NCBI RefSeq assembly: GCF_006345805.1
Contig: NC_042998.1
Span: forward strand, 141,112,001 to 141,176,000
DNA: 64,000 bases
Origin: Octopus sinensis
Lineage: Eukaryota
Reading direction: 5' to 3'
Shown here: positions 14,652 to 27,599 of the stretch, in pieces
Position numbering within the stretch: position 1 is the stretch's first letter
Layout: every line of letters begins with the position of its first letter
Translations under genes and position numbers: made by a program
Notes under the pieces: model-generated
What the model saw: the letters and a program-made list of their open reading frames with translations, nothing else
The model's database searches: none
What the model was told of the DNA's origin: nothing

Positions 14652-15303
14652 CTATGGCTTTAACAATTTTTGAAGCATTATAAAATCCTGTGTAAAAAAA
14701 AAAAATCTACATGGCTTTCTTCGCTAATATTTTAGTTGGAATTAATAAGTTTAATTTGGAATTTCAAGCAGAAAACATTTTGATTCTATAAATTCTGGAA
14801 TTCTATTAATAGATTAAAAGGGATTCTCAATAATTTCATCAAAGAAGAAATATTTCGAAACTTCACCATACAGATAGAATTAATGTTAATGGATTCTTCT
14901 CCGGTGACACAGAAGAAGCATTTTTCTAGAAAATACAACAAATATATCTCAAAAAGAACTCCAAGAATTTCGAGTAAATATTTTTAGAATTCAATGCTTT
15001 CCTTACAAAATAGATACTTGAAAGCTTTTTTATCGTGTGAACTATTTGTAAAGTTAGAACTCACTGAGATGTAGGACCCAGCTAATACCAAAAACGGAAG
15101 ACCAAAAATAATTATGGCAAAACATAGGCGCAGGCGTGGCTATGTGGTAAAAAGCTTGCTTACCAACCACATAGTTCCGAGTTCAATCCCACTGCGTGGC
15201 ACCTTGGGTAAGTGTCTTTTACTATAGCCTCGAGCCGACCAAAGCCTTGTGAGTGAGTTTGGTAGACGGAAACTGAAAGAAGCTCGTCGCATAAATATGT
15301 GTA

Positions 15304-15334
<31 letters not shown>

Positions 15335-16019
15335 TTATATGTGTGTGTGTCTTTGTGCCTGTGTTTTTACCCCCCCCCCCCACCATCTTTTGACAATCAA
15401 TGTTAGTGTGTTTACGTCCCGTAACTTAATAGTTCGGCAAAAAAGAGATCCGATAGAATAAGTACTAGGCTTACAAAGAATAAGTCCTAGGGTAGATTTC
15501 TTCGACTAAAAATCTTCTACGCTAGTGCTCCAGCATGGCCACAGTCAAATGATTGAAACAAGTAAAAATAATACTTATTTTCCGGACACTGATGATCCGG
15601 AACTTCTTATAACCTACAGTTACAGAAGCACTGGTAATTCATTTAATTACTTAAGTAACTTTAGATAGGCACAGGCGTGGCTGTGTGGTAAGAAACTTGC
15701 TTCCCAACCATATGGTCCCGGGTTCTGTCACACTACGTGGTACCTTGGGCTGGTGTTTTCTACTATAACTTCAGGCTGATCAGAGCCTTGTGAGTGAATT
15801 TGGTAAACGGAAACTGAAAGAAGTCCGTCGTATATATATATATATATATAATACAAAATGAGAAAATGGAGAAACATAGCTAAATCAATTATCAACCATC
15901 AGATAATACCCACTCAATACTTTATTAAACCATTACACAACAGCAATGACATTATACATAATATATTACAAATATAACTAGACATAGAAATAGAAATAGA
16001 AAATACAATTACATTGTAG

Positions 16020-16128
16020 CTGACAGCTGTTTCGGCCGTGAAGACAGGTATGTCCCATTTAACCTATTAGCCATATAAAGCAGGTATAAATGAGACATTA
16101 ACAAGAATGTCTCACGGCCTCTTCAGAG
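16020..16128 (-). ncRNA. Hammerhead ribozyme-like motif with extended stem II
   Basis: Minus strand CTGAAGA-GGCCGTGA-(70 nt)-TCACGGCC-GAAA-CAGCTG-TC: intact core, 8-bp stem II, palindromic stem III, GUC site; stem I only 2 bp. Confidence 0.55.
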
Positions 16129-16352
16129 AATTTAATGTAAGTATGAAAAAAATTTACATATAAATATAAAGATGTGTGCATAGACACTCATAATTCTACA
16201 CATATATATACACACAATAATACAATATGAACAATATATATCAATATACATTAACAAACGCAATAATGTTCCATGTTGAACTCATAGTTCCATATCCAAC
16301 ATCAAGGAAATACATGTACACTCACGTTTAAATTTAAAGCAGGCATATATAT

Positions 16353-16387
<35 letters not shown>

Positions 16388-16523
16388 TCTGTGTTCCTTT
16401 CTGCCGAAGAGCATAAGCTCGAAACGCAAAAACTTTCTCACCTTCCCGAGCGTTAAACTAATACATCTGTTTGTTGTTTACACACCCATCTTCGTCTTTT
16501 GTTGTTTTTTTTGTAATTCTCAC

Positions 16524-16550
16524 TATATATATATATATATATATATATTA

Positions 16551-16591
<41 letters not shown>

Positions 16592-16701
16592 TATATGTAT
16601 ATATATATATATTATATGTATATATATATACATATAATACATATATATATATACATATATATATACATATTTAATATATATATAACTATATAATAATATA
16701 C

Positions 16702-16736
<35 letters not shown>

Positions 16737-16844
16737 ATATATACTTATATATATATACATAATATATTATATATACATATATATTATCTATATATATATA
16801 CATATATATATTATACTATATATATATATATATACATATATTAC

Positions 16845-16911
<67 letters not shown>

Positions 16912-17030
16912 CATATATATCTATATTATATATATATATTAATAAATTATATAATATATATAGTGTGTGTGTGTTTGTGCGTTGTTGTGTGTGTGTGTGT
17001 GTGGTGTGTGTGTGTGTGTTGTGTGTGTGT
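16524..17030. repeat. Long degenerate (TA)n then (TG)n tract
   Basis: Directly visible. Confidence 0.9.
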
Positions 17031-17769
17031 GCTTGTGCCTTTGCGTGTTGCCTACCACCGTTTGACAACCACATGGTTCCAAGTTCTGTGTCACAGTTTT
17101 TATGTTCCCGTAACTTAGCGGTTCCGCAATAAAGACCGATAGAATAAGTACCAGAATTTAAAAACAAGAACTGTGGTCGATTCGTTCGGCTAAAATTCAT
17201 CAAAGTTGTGTCCCGGCATGGCCGTAGTTTAATAACTGAAACCTGTGAAAGATAAAATATTTGTTCAATTTAGAGAGTGCTAGCCAAGGTGACTACCCTA
17301 CTTCGGAAAAACCGGAAACCCAGAAAGACTTTGGAATGAAGGGTTCCTGAAAATCGACATATGAAATTTTCCGATCTATTTCTTGATGACATTATGACCA
17401 AATAATGATTGGTGGGGGAGTTGTTAAGGCGCATGGACTCAGTGGTTTGAGCGTCGGGCTCATAAGCATGAGCCCGACGCTCTAACCGGGCTGTGTTGTG
17501 TTCTTGACCAAGACACTTTATTTCACGTTGCTCCAGTTCACTCAGCTGTATAAATGAGTTGCGATATCACTGGTGCCAAGCTGTATCGGCCTTTACCTTT
17601 CCTTCGGGTAACATCGGTGGCATGGAGAGTTGAGGCTGGTATGCATAGACGACTGTTGGTCTTCCATAAACAACATTGCCCGGACTTGTGTCTCTGAGGA
17701 GAACTTTCTAGGTGCAATGTTTTGGTCATTCATGACCGAAGGTGGGATTTACCCTGGTTTAGTAAATCA

Positions 17770-18136
17770 TCCTCCTATTGCTGGAAAGGCGAGGGAGAGG
17801 TTTGTCGATTACATCGACCCACTGTTCAGCTGGTACTTATATTATCGATCCCTAAAGGATAAAAGACAAAGTCGACTTCTGCAGAATTTGAACTCAGAAC
17901 GTAAAGAACATAAATGCCACTAAGCATTTTGCCCGGCATGCTAACGATTTGCCAACTCGCTGCCATAATAATAATAATCCTTTCTACTAGTGTTTCACTG
18001 GTACTTAATTTATCAATCCCAAAAGGATGAAGGGTAAAGTCAACCTTGACAGAATTTGAGCTCAGATCGTAAAGTCGGACGAAATGCCGCTAAGCATTTC
18101 GCTCAGCGTGCTAACGATTCTGCCAGCTTGCCATCT

Positions 18137-18167
<31 letters not shown>

Positions 18168-18382
18168 AATCCTTTCTACTATAGGCACAAGGTCTGAAAT
18201 TTGCGGGAGGGAAATAGTCGATTTGATCGACCACAGTGCGTAAGTGGTACTTATTTCATCAACCCCGAAAGCATGAAAGGCCAAGTCGACCTCGGCGGAA
18301 TTAGAACTTAGAACATAGCGATGGACGAAATATCGCTAAGCATTTTGTCCAGCGTGCTAATGATTCTGCCAGCTCGCTGCCT
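17770..18382 (-). mobile_element. Three head-to-tail SINE family B copies separated by (AAT)n tails
   Basis: Repeated AAAGGAT.AA.GG.AAAGTC.AC.T...GAATT.GAACT.AGA.CGTA...GCTAACGATT.TGCCA.CTCGCTGCC blocks. Confidence 0.7.
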
Positions 18383-18386
18383 TAAT

Positions 18387-18460
<74 letters not shown>

Positions 18461-18462
<2 letters not shown>

Positions 18463-18993
18463 GCCCTGATGCAGTACCAGACAGTGGCTCTCATGGCTTC
18501 TGATCTTAACTGATTGGAAGTGTTATCATGTACTTTTTGTCTTGGTATAAAAGATGGGCTACAGCAAATATTCTGCTCAATAGCATAGATTTAACCAGTT
18601 GAGCATGTCCCTTAGTGGCTGACGGTATGTACATCTCTGATCACGAGCAGAAGTAGTGGGGGAGCATCATAGCCATGTGTTGAGAGGGATCCTTTGGGGG
18701 TTTGGATAATTCACCTCTGGAAACATGGGTGTTTCGTTCAACATCCTTTAACAACCCTTATTCAGGGACCGTTTGAGCGGGATGGGTTACTCGACCAGAA
18801 GAAAATTCTAACTAGGCCCCACCTGCAAGGTCATGCGCTGTTTATCTTGATATGAGATCACCATGTCGCGCACATATGGTTGTGATGCATGTGCCTAGTG
18901 TACCCTTATCAGACGGGTAGTCATGATGGGTATACTTGGCTTCGTATATTTTACCCCAGTGTCACTTTGATGGGATGCACTGCTCTCTCACTC
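18461..18993 (+). mobile_element. ~530-bp non-coding retroposed element in (AAT)n (longest of three copies)
   Basis: Ends ...GCACTGCTCTCTCACTC(AAT)n, identical 3' end to copies at 26912-27000 and 27073-27456; flanked by (AAT)n. Confidence 0.7.
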
Positions 18994-19036
18994 AATAATA
19001 ATAATAATAATCATAATAATAATAATAATCATAATC

Positions 19037-19080
<44 letters not shown>

Positions 19081-20289
19081 TCATAGACGACCTCAAACTT
19101 TATGGTAAAGATGAAGCCCAAGTCACTTTCCTCGTTGATACGGTGTATACCTTCAGTGCTGATATCAGAATGGAGTTCGGACTGAGAAAGTATGTGTTAG
19201 TCTATGGAAGCTGACAAATACAAATACAAAAAAGAAGAAACTATGAAGAAAAATATGAAACAACTAAAGCTGTAAAACAACTAAAATCCAAACTAAAACT
19301 GGAACAGCAACAGATTATGATAAAACGATGGCAAGAAAAGCCCCTTCATGACAAATTTTGGGTTAAACTAAACAGAAAAGAAATAGACAAAGCAAAATCC
19401 CAACAATGGTTGAGAAGCTCAGGACTCAAAATAGAGACTGGTGGATTTTTAATTGCAGCACAAGATCAAAGTCTTCCCACCAGAAATTACCAAAAACATG
19501 TAATGAAAAGAAATACAAGTAACTGTAGAATATGTCGAGTTGGAGAAGAAATGATAAATCATATTGTCTCTGGCTGTCCAGTCCTGGCTAAGATGGAATA
19601 TATTCACAAACACGAGAGTTGGGACATATATACACTGGAAGCTATGCCAACACTATAGAATAACAACAGAAAAAAAGATGATACAGGCACACCCCAGAAA
19701 AGGTCACAGAAAATGAGAAAGCGACCATAATCTGGGATATGCCAATACACAGATGGAGAAATTAAGGCCAATATACCGGATATAGTTCTCAGAGATCACC
19801 AACAACAACAAAAAAACATGCTTTCTAATCTATGTACCAACAGATGACAATGTTTCTCTCAAAGAAACTGAGAAACTTTCAAAATACAAAGATCTGGAAG
19901 CAGGTAACTTGAATGTGGTGCCTAAAAACAGAAACAGTTATCATAGCAGGCGTATTAAGTATGATAAAAAAAATCCAGACAAATACGTAACAAAAACACC
20001 AGGGCTTACAAGTATATATAACATACAGCAAATGGCACTACAACTGCCTCTGTTTCCGGATCATTGTATTTTGAAAGTTTCTCCGTTTCTGTTAGAGAAA
20101 CATTATCATCTGTTGGTACTGATACATCGATTAGAAAGAATTTTTTTTTGGTGATATCACACATCCTGCGTAAAACACTTTCAATGCAGTGAAAATAAGA
20201 GCATCACAACAAACCGCAGCACATACCCAAGGCACACAGAGCTGCGCTCGGTAGTGCAGTGACAGCACGTGATAAAAATAAGTCTACTG
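19081..20289 (+). mobile_element. 5'-truncated/chimeric R4/Dong-type retrotransposon copy
   Basis: WQEKPLHDKF...IAAQDQSLPTRNY...CRICRVGEEMINHIVSGC matches ORF 25701..26675; same 3' end GAGCTGCGCTCGGTAGTG...CTACTG then (GAT/AAT)n; frameshifted. Confidence 0.85.
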
Positions 20290-20296
20290 GATGATG

Positions 20297-20331
<35 letters not shown>

Positions 20332-20816
20332 TTTTCTAACATAGAAGACCTGAAATTTAAGGAGAGGGGCTTATGCGATACGACTGATTCCCTTATTTGA
20401 CCAGTACTTTATTTTGTGGACTCAAGAGAGGTAAAAGACGAAGTCAACCTCGACGCGATTTGAACTCGGAACGTAACGAGCAGGAACAAATACAGCAAAG
20501 CTTTTTATCCGACTCTGTAACCGTTCTACCAATGCCCTATAATTCCTAATTTAGGCACAAGGGCAAGAATTTTGAGGGCTAGAGGTTAGATGATACCATC
20601 GACTCCAGTGGCTAGTACTTTATTTTATCGACCTCGAAGGATGGAAAAAGCAAAGTTGACTTTGACTGGATTTGAACTGCAAAACTACCTGATCACGAGT
20701 TGTAGTTGTTGTTACTATTATTGTTTCTGTTGATAATCTTCATGTTGTTGTTGTTGTTGTTGCTTCTGTCATTTTCACGGCTGTTTATGCGGTTGTTTAT
20801 GCTGTTGTTATTATTT

Positions 20817-20910
20817 TTTAGCCCCCGGTCAATTTTGATCGAGCAGACATCAAAGGCGTTCGAAGCTCGCCTTTGATCATATACTCGATCAGAGATGGCC
20901 AGGGGCTAAA
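20817..20910. mobile_element. Collapsed MITE-like inverted repeat
   Basis: TTTAGCCCC...GATCGAG...ATCAAAGGCG / CGCCTTTGAT...CTCGATC...GGGGCTAAA; arm-like sequences also near 11650, 30605 and 62530. Confidence 0.6.
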
Positions 20911-21002
20911 CAACAACAACAACAACGCTGACAATAGTAGCAGCAACAGTAACAACTAGCAACACCTCCCCCCCCAACAACAACAACATTGCAATCGCCG
21001 CT

Positions 21003-21070
21003 GCTGCTCTGCCGTCGCCGCTGCTCTGCCGTCGCCGCTGCTCTGCCGTCGCCGCTGCTCTGCCGTCGCC
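21003..21070. repeat. 17-bp GC-rich minisatellite x4
   Basis: GCTGCTCTGCCGTCGCC repeated four times exactly. Confidence 0.9.
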
Positions 21071-21385
21071 GCCGTCACCATTTCAAAGGTATCGTTTGAT
21101 TTCGCTCTAATTACTTTCGGTGAAATTAATTAGACTGCTAGAAGTAACATGTACAACTTTGCAGTTAATGTTGATAGCTGTATGTGTTGTGTGTGTGTGT
21201 GTGTGTGTGTATGTGTGTGTGTGAATGCGTGCGCGCGTTTGTGTGTGTGTGCGTCGGTGTGTGTGTAGGTGGGTGTGTGCGTGCGTGTGTGTCTGTGTGT
21301 AAGTGTGAGTGTTTGTGTGTGCGCGTGCATGTATGTATGTGTTTGTGGGTGAGTGTGTTTGTATGCAGGTGTAAGTATTCGTGTT

Positions 21386-21418
<33 letters not shown>

Positions 21419-21732
21419 TATATATATATATATATATGCGTGTATGTGAGTACGTGTGTGTGTGTGTGCGCGTGTATGTAAGTGAATGTGTATGTGTATG
21501 TACGCGCGTGTGTGTGTGTGTGCGTGTGTGTGTAGCATGGTAGGTACTTATGGAAGGGGAGTTAGATGAGTGGGTAGATTAAGTGGGTGGATTCATTGCA
21601 AGATAGACAGAAGGGTAGATAGAAATATGGGTAGACACAAAAAGGCAGATGGGTGGTTTGGTGAATAGATAGGTGTGTAGAAAGATTGGTAAGAGAGATG
21701 GATAAACTGGTAAGTAGGTAGATAGATAGAAT

Positions 21733-21858
<126 letters not shown>

Positions 21859-22370
21859 CTGACTAATATATGCAGATATAAATATGTTGGTAAATGGATA
21901 GATTTAGATAGAAAACTAAACAGATATATCGATGGAATCACTGAATTGATAGAGAGGGAGAAACAGAGAGAGGTAGATGGTTGGATAAATTGATTAATTG
22001 GCAATATCGATTAGCTGATTGATAAACATGTGCATGATAGGTAGAATGATCGATTGGATAAAAGATGCGACACTGGAGTGATAGTTACAGTGACTCTGGT
22101 GTTGGTGGTGGTGGTGCCGGCTGCAGCTGTGGTGGTGGTCATTATGATGATATAATGATTCTTTTCAACAATAAATACAAGATCCAACTTGTGGGTGGAG
22201 AGCTGATCAATAACATCGACCCCAGTACTTGACTGACTCTTAATTTTATAGACCCCCAAAAAGATGAAAAGCAAAGTCAACCTCGACGGAATTCAAACGT
22301 AAAATCCAGAAGCACTGTAGCCAAGCATTTTTTTCCGACGCTTTATCGATTCTGCCAACTCACTGCCTTC

Positions 22371-22376
22371 TTAATG

Positions 22377-22413
<37 letters not shown>

Positions 22414-22505
22414 ATAATAATAATAATAATAATATAATAATAATAATATAATAATAATAATAATAATATTAATAATAATAATAATATTAATAATAATAAT
22501 AATAT

Positions 22506-22577
<72 letters not shown>
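22371..22577. repeat. (AAT)n microsatellite, left flank of the R4/Dong element
   Basis: Directly visible. Confidence 0.95.
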
Positions 22578-22578
<1 letters not shown>

Positions 22579-24512
22579 ACCGGGGGACGTTTAAGATGTA
22601 AGAACGATAAAACAGAGCTCCGAAATCTATCCACAAACATCGAAAACAAGGACATCGTATGGAGCCAAAGATTTACTAACAAAGGATTGGATTGTATCCG
22701 AGTAAGTAATACTAATTGAAATTTATTACTATTTTCGAAACGAAATGATGTATTTTGACTCGATATCATCTCCACCTTTAACACAACACATGTAAACATG
22801 CGTGAAACATTACGATCCATCAACACCAGATCATCCCCGACCCCAAACACCATGTACAAAGGAACTACGAAGAAATTAAATACCACCGATATTATTCAAC
22901 CCAAGAATAACAATCGGGAGGTACGTACTTTAAACTTACAACACAAAATGTACGAAAAACTACACGTGCAAAATAATGTGACAACAAAAATGAATGGACC
23001 GGTACCCTACGAAAATGATGACCGTCAAAATAATGGGCCGGACATTGTTCCTCATGTCCCGCAAATAAAACCCAAAAGACATAAATGGACACGTAAGGAA
23101 TACATTTCTATCCTACACGCATACTTCACAGCAGTGCTCTACCCAAAAAATGAAAACACAACAACACATACATATAAAATATGGAAGGAAAATAACATAA
23201 ATACAGACTTGGATACAGCAATGAACCCTAATAAACTAGCTGACGTACGAAGATACATTCTCAACGCAAAAAAAATATCAGAAATAGAAATAGAACATCT
23301 AAAAGAAAAATACACCAGGAAAATGTAGATAGAAGCCACAAAACAATGCCCAATAATATAAACACTGAAACAGTAAAACACGAAGACAAACGTAACATTC
23401 CCAACAAACACGATGTAAACAAAAAACAACAAACCCAGACCGTAAGGATGCATAATAATACACGACAAACAGCAAGCCAAAACACGGCAAACAAACATAT
23501 AAATAAGAAAGAAAGCGACACAAAGCTAAAACCTGGAAACAACGAAGGGGAGCCTAATGATTATGATAATATAAAAAGTAAAATAATCAAAGAACTGAAA
23601 ACCACAGAGCTCAAAATGGACCACCGACCATACCTCCCAAAAATCAAAATAGACGAAACAACAACACCAATTATAAACAGCATAAACCTAGCCGTCACGG
23701 AACTAATAGCCACTGAAACAAAAGCGATATCACTGAGCTAAATGACTTAGTATACGCAGCAGCCACTGCAGCCACAAAAGAAGCTGGATACTCACTCAAA
23801 CCCATCCAAACAGGAGTACCACCCCAAACAAACCCTGTGGATAAATAACATCCAAAACAAAATACAAAAAATGAGAAAAGATCTGTCGATTCTTAATGAA
23901 ATCAGTAGACAATCAACGCTACTGAGCAACAAAAAGAAAGCAAAAATACTCCGCAAATATACATCACAGAAAAAGATTTACCTGAGATAAAAGAAAAGCT
24001 GAAGCAAGATATCCTTGCCAAAGCACAAAGATCCGCCGGTACGAAAACGCCAGCGCTTCTTTGAACAAAACAAAATGTTCAACTCCAACCCCAAAAAGTT
24101 CTACCAAGAACTTGGCAAAAATAAATAGAAATCACTGCAGCACCAACGGCAGAAGAAGTGGAAGAATTCTGGAGAGAAATATGGTCGACGAACGAACAAC
24201 CAAAACAAAGGAGTATTAAAACAACAAACTCAGCATCTGAGCAACTTTGGACCCCCATAACAACTGAAGAGGTCACCCAGGCACTGCAAAGACTAAGCAA
24301 CTGGAAGGCACCTGGGCATGACAAGATCCCCAACTTCTGGTTGAAATATCTAACAGGAATGCACAAAAAGCTTGCTGAAAACTTTAACAACATACTAGCA
24401 GAGCCAGAGACAATGCCTGAATGGCTCACGAAGGAGAAAAACCATCTTAATTCCCAAATCAAATGAGACAGCAAAACCATAAAACTACAGACCAGTAACC
24501 TGTCTCCCTACA

Positions 24513-25364
24513 ATGTACAAGGCATTTACTGCAGTGATATCGCAATGGTTGAACAAGCACCTGGACGAAAACAACCTGTTTCCAGAAGAGCAGAAAGGAT
24601 GCCGCAAAGTCTCATATGGCTGTAAAGATCAACTAATGATTAATAAAGCCATAACTGAAGACAGCCACAGAAAGAAGAAAGGCCTCAGTATGGCCTGGAT
24701 CGACTACAAAAAGGCGTTTGATAGCATCCCCCACACATGGATCCTCGAAACACTAGCCATTAACAATGTAGCACCAACAATTATAAAATTCATAGGGCAC
24801 TCTATGAATAAATGGCAAACAGTGCTACAGCTCCAAACAAAAGAGGGACTCATGAAAACCAAAGCCATTCCCATTAGAAGAGGAATATTCCAGGGAGACA
24901 CGCTCTCTCCACTCCTTTTCTGCTTGGCACTGTCACCTCTATCTGATATGCTAAATAGGACTGGATGCGGATATAAATGTTACGGCAAAACGATCAGCCA
25001 CCTTTTATATATGGATGATCTAAAACTATACGCTGCAAATGACAAACAGCTGGAAACACTATTAAAGACAGTTCATGGATTTACCAAAGAAATAGATATG
25101 AAATTTGGATTAGAAAAATGCGCCAAAGTAACCATGAAAAGAGGAAAACTAGTTAAGAGTAGCAACATCACACTAGATAAAACCAATGAAATAAAAGAAT
25201 TAGACCAAAGCCAAACTTACAAATACTTAGGAATCCATGAACTAGATAAGACACAACACACACAAACGAAAGAGAAAATAAAAAAAGAATATTATAGACG
25301 AGTTAGATCAATACTAAAAACAGAGCTCAATGCTAAAAACAAGATAATAGGTATAACACTTTAG
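24513..25364 (+). pseudogene. Reverse transcriptase core ORF fragment of the R4/Dong element
   Basis: 283-aa ORF with QGD and YMDD motifs; bounded by frameshifts. Confidence 0.85.
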
Positions 25365-25702
25365 CTGTCCCAGTTATAAGTTACAGCTACAATATCCTTA
25401 ACTGGACACTAAATGAACTGACCAAAATAGATAGGAAAACAAGAAAAATAATGACAGGATCTAGGATGCATCACCCAAAATCTGACATAGAAAGACTATA
25501 TATACAACGTATAGAAGGTGGTGGAGGCCTATACAGCTGGAAAACTACTATAAAATAACCACCATAGGACTGCAAAAATATCTACTTCAGAAGGAAGGAA
25601 AACTGATACAAATAGCGGCAAAACACGAGCAAAACAAAAAACTGTTCTCAGTATTTAAGGAAGCTGACAAATACAAGCAGAAATCATACACCTAATAAAT
25701 AT

Positions 25703-25904
25703 GAAGAAGAAGAAGAAGAAGAAGAAGAAGAAGAAGAAGAAGAAGAAGAAAGAGAAGAAGAAGAAGAAGAAGAAGAAGAAGAAGAAGAAGAAGAAGAAGA
25801 AGAAGAAGAAGAAGAAGAGACAAGAAGAAGAAGAAGAAGAAGAAGAAGAAGAAGAAGAAGAAGAAGAAGAAGAAGAAGAAGAAGAAGAAGAAGAAGAAGA
25901 AGAA
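25703..25904 (+). repeat. (GAA)n tract inside the R4/Dong coding region
   Basis: ~200 bp of GAA with two interruptions. Confidence 0.95.
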
Positions 25905-26843
25905 ACAACAACAAAAGCTATAAAACAAATGAAATCCAAACTAAAAATAGAACAGCAACGAACCATAATAAAACGATGGCAAGAAAAGCCCCTTCATGGT
26001 AAATACTGGACTAAACTAAACGCAAAAGAAATAGACAAAGAAAAATCCCAGCAATGGTTGAGAAGCTCAGGACTCAAAGCAGAGACAGAGGGATTTTTAA
26101 TTGCAGCACAAGACCAAAGCCTCCCCACCAGAAATTACCAAAAACATGTAATGAAAAGAAATATAACAAGTAACTGCAGAATATGTGGAGATGGACAAGA
26201 AACAATAAATCATATTATCTCTAGCTGCCCAGTCCTGGCTAAGAAGGAATATATATATATACAGACTTGGAACCTACATACATTGGAAGCTATGCCAACA
26301 TTATGGAATAACAACAAAAAAAAAAGATGGTATAGGCACACACCAGAAAAGGTCACAGAAAACGAGAAAGCAACCATACTCTGGGATATGCCGATACACA
26401 CAGATAGAGAAATTAAGGCCAACAGACCAGATATAGTTGTCAGAGATCATGAAGAAAAGAAATGCTTTCTAATTGATGTATCAATACCAGCAGATGACAA
26501 CGTGTGTCTAAAAGAAATGGAGAAACTCTCAAAATACAAAGACCTGGAAATAGAGGTAACCAGAATGTGGAATCTAAAAACAGAAACAATTCCTATCATA
26601 GTAGGTGCATTAGGCATGATAAAAAAATATTCAGACAAATACATAACAAAAACACCAGGACTTACAAACACATAAACATACAGAAAATTGCACTACTAGG
26701 CACTGCACACATCCTACGCAGAACACTTTCCATACAATAACCATCAGAGCATCACAACAAATCACAGCACATACCAAGGCACACAGAGCTGCGCTCGGTA
26801 GTGAAGTGAAAGCACGCTATAAAAATAAAACTACTGAATAATG

Positions 26844-26876
<33 letters not shown>

Positions 26877-26911
26877 TATAATAATAAAATAATAATAATA
26901 ATAATAATAAT

Positions 26912-27028
26912 ACCTTTATCAGACGGGTAGTCATGATGGGTATATTGGGCTTCGTATATTTTACCCCAGTCACTTGATGGCATGAACTGCTCTCTCACTC
27001 AATAACAATAATAATAATAATAATAATA

Positions 27029-27074
<46 letters not shown>

Positions 27075-27456
27075 CCTTAGTGGCTGACGATATGTGCCTC
27101 TCTGATCACGAGCAGACGTAGTGGGGAGCATCATACCGTGTGTTGAAAGGAATTCTTGGAGGTTTGGATAATTCACCTTTGGAAACATAGGTGGTTCGTT
27201 CAACATCCTTAAACAAACCTTATTCAGGGACCTTTTGAGCGAGATGTGTTACTCGACCTGAAGAAAATTCTAACTGGGCCCCACCTGCAAGGTCATGCAC
27301 TGGTTATCTTGATATGAGATCACTACGTCGCACACACATGGTTGTGATTCATGTGCCTGGCATACCCTTATCAGACGGGTAATCCTGATGGGTAGACTGG
27401 GCTTTGTATATTTTACCCCATTGTCACTTTGATGGCATGCACTGCTCTCTCACTCA
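26912..27456 (+). mobile_element. Two 5'-truncated copies of the 530-bp companion element (26912-27000, 27073-27456)
   Basis: Colinear with the 3' parts of 18461-18993; each ends CTCTCACTC(AAT)n. Confidence 0.75.
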
Positions 27457-27599
27457 ATAATAATAATAATAATAATAATTTCTTTCATTATCCGCAGGGG
27501 CATAGATAAGGGGTCATCACAAAGACTGACAGCGGTTTGTATGGGGGTTTACATAAAGGATGGAGAGGCAAATGAAAAAGACATTGAAATGAGATCTCA

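Larger units (their letters stand above)
22578..26836 (+). mobile_element. Near full-length R4/Dong-type non-LTR retrotransposon (RT plus restriction-like endonuclease), frameshifted
   Basis: N-terminal KRHKWT; NWKAPGHD; RT motifs WIDYKKAFDS, GIFQGDTLSPLLF, YMDDLKLY, YKYLG; C-terminal CRIC...H...C knuckle and RPDIVV...IDVSIP...EKLSKY RLE motif; flanked by (AAT)n both sides. Confidence 0.9.

Noticed and set aside
14660-15010. Possible hAT transposase fragment (IYMAFFANILVGINKFNLEFQ)
   Set aside because: Only a weak resemblance with stops, next to a gap; not supportable without a profile search
25701-25904. Poly-Lys N-terminus of the 324-aa ORF as a real protein start
   Set aside because: The ATG is out of frame with the upstream element ORF; the tract is a GAA expansion whose natural frame is poly-Glu
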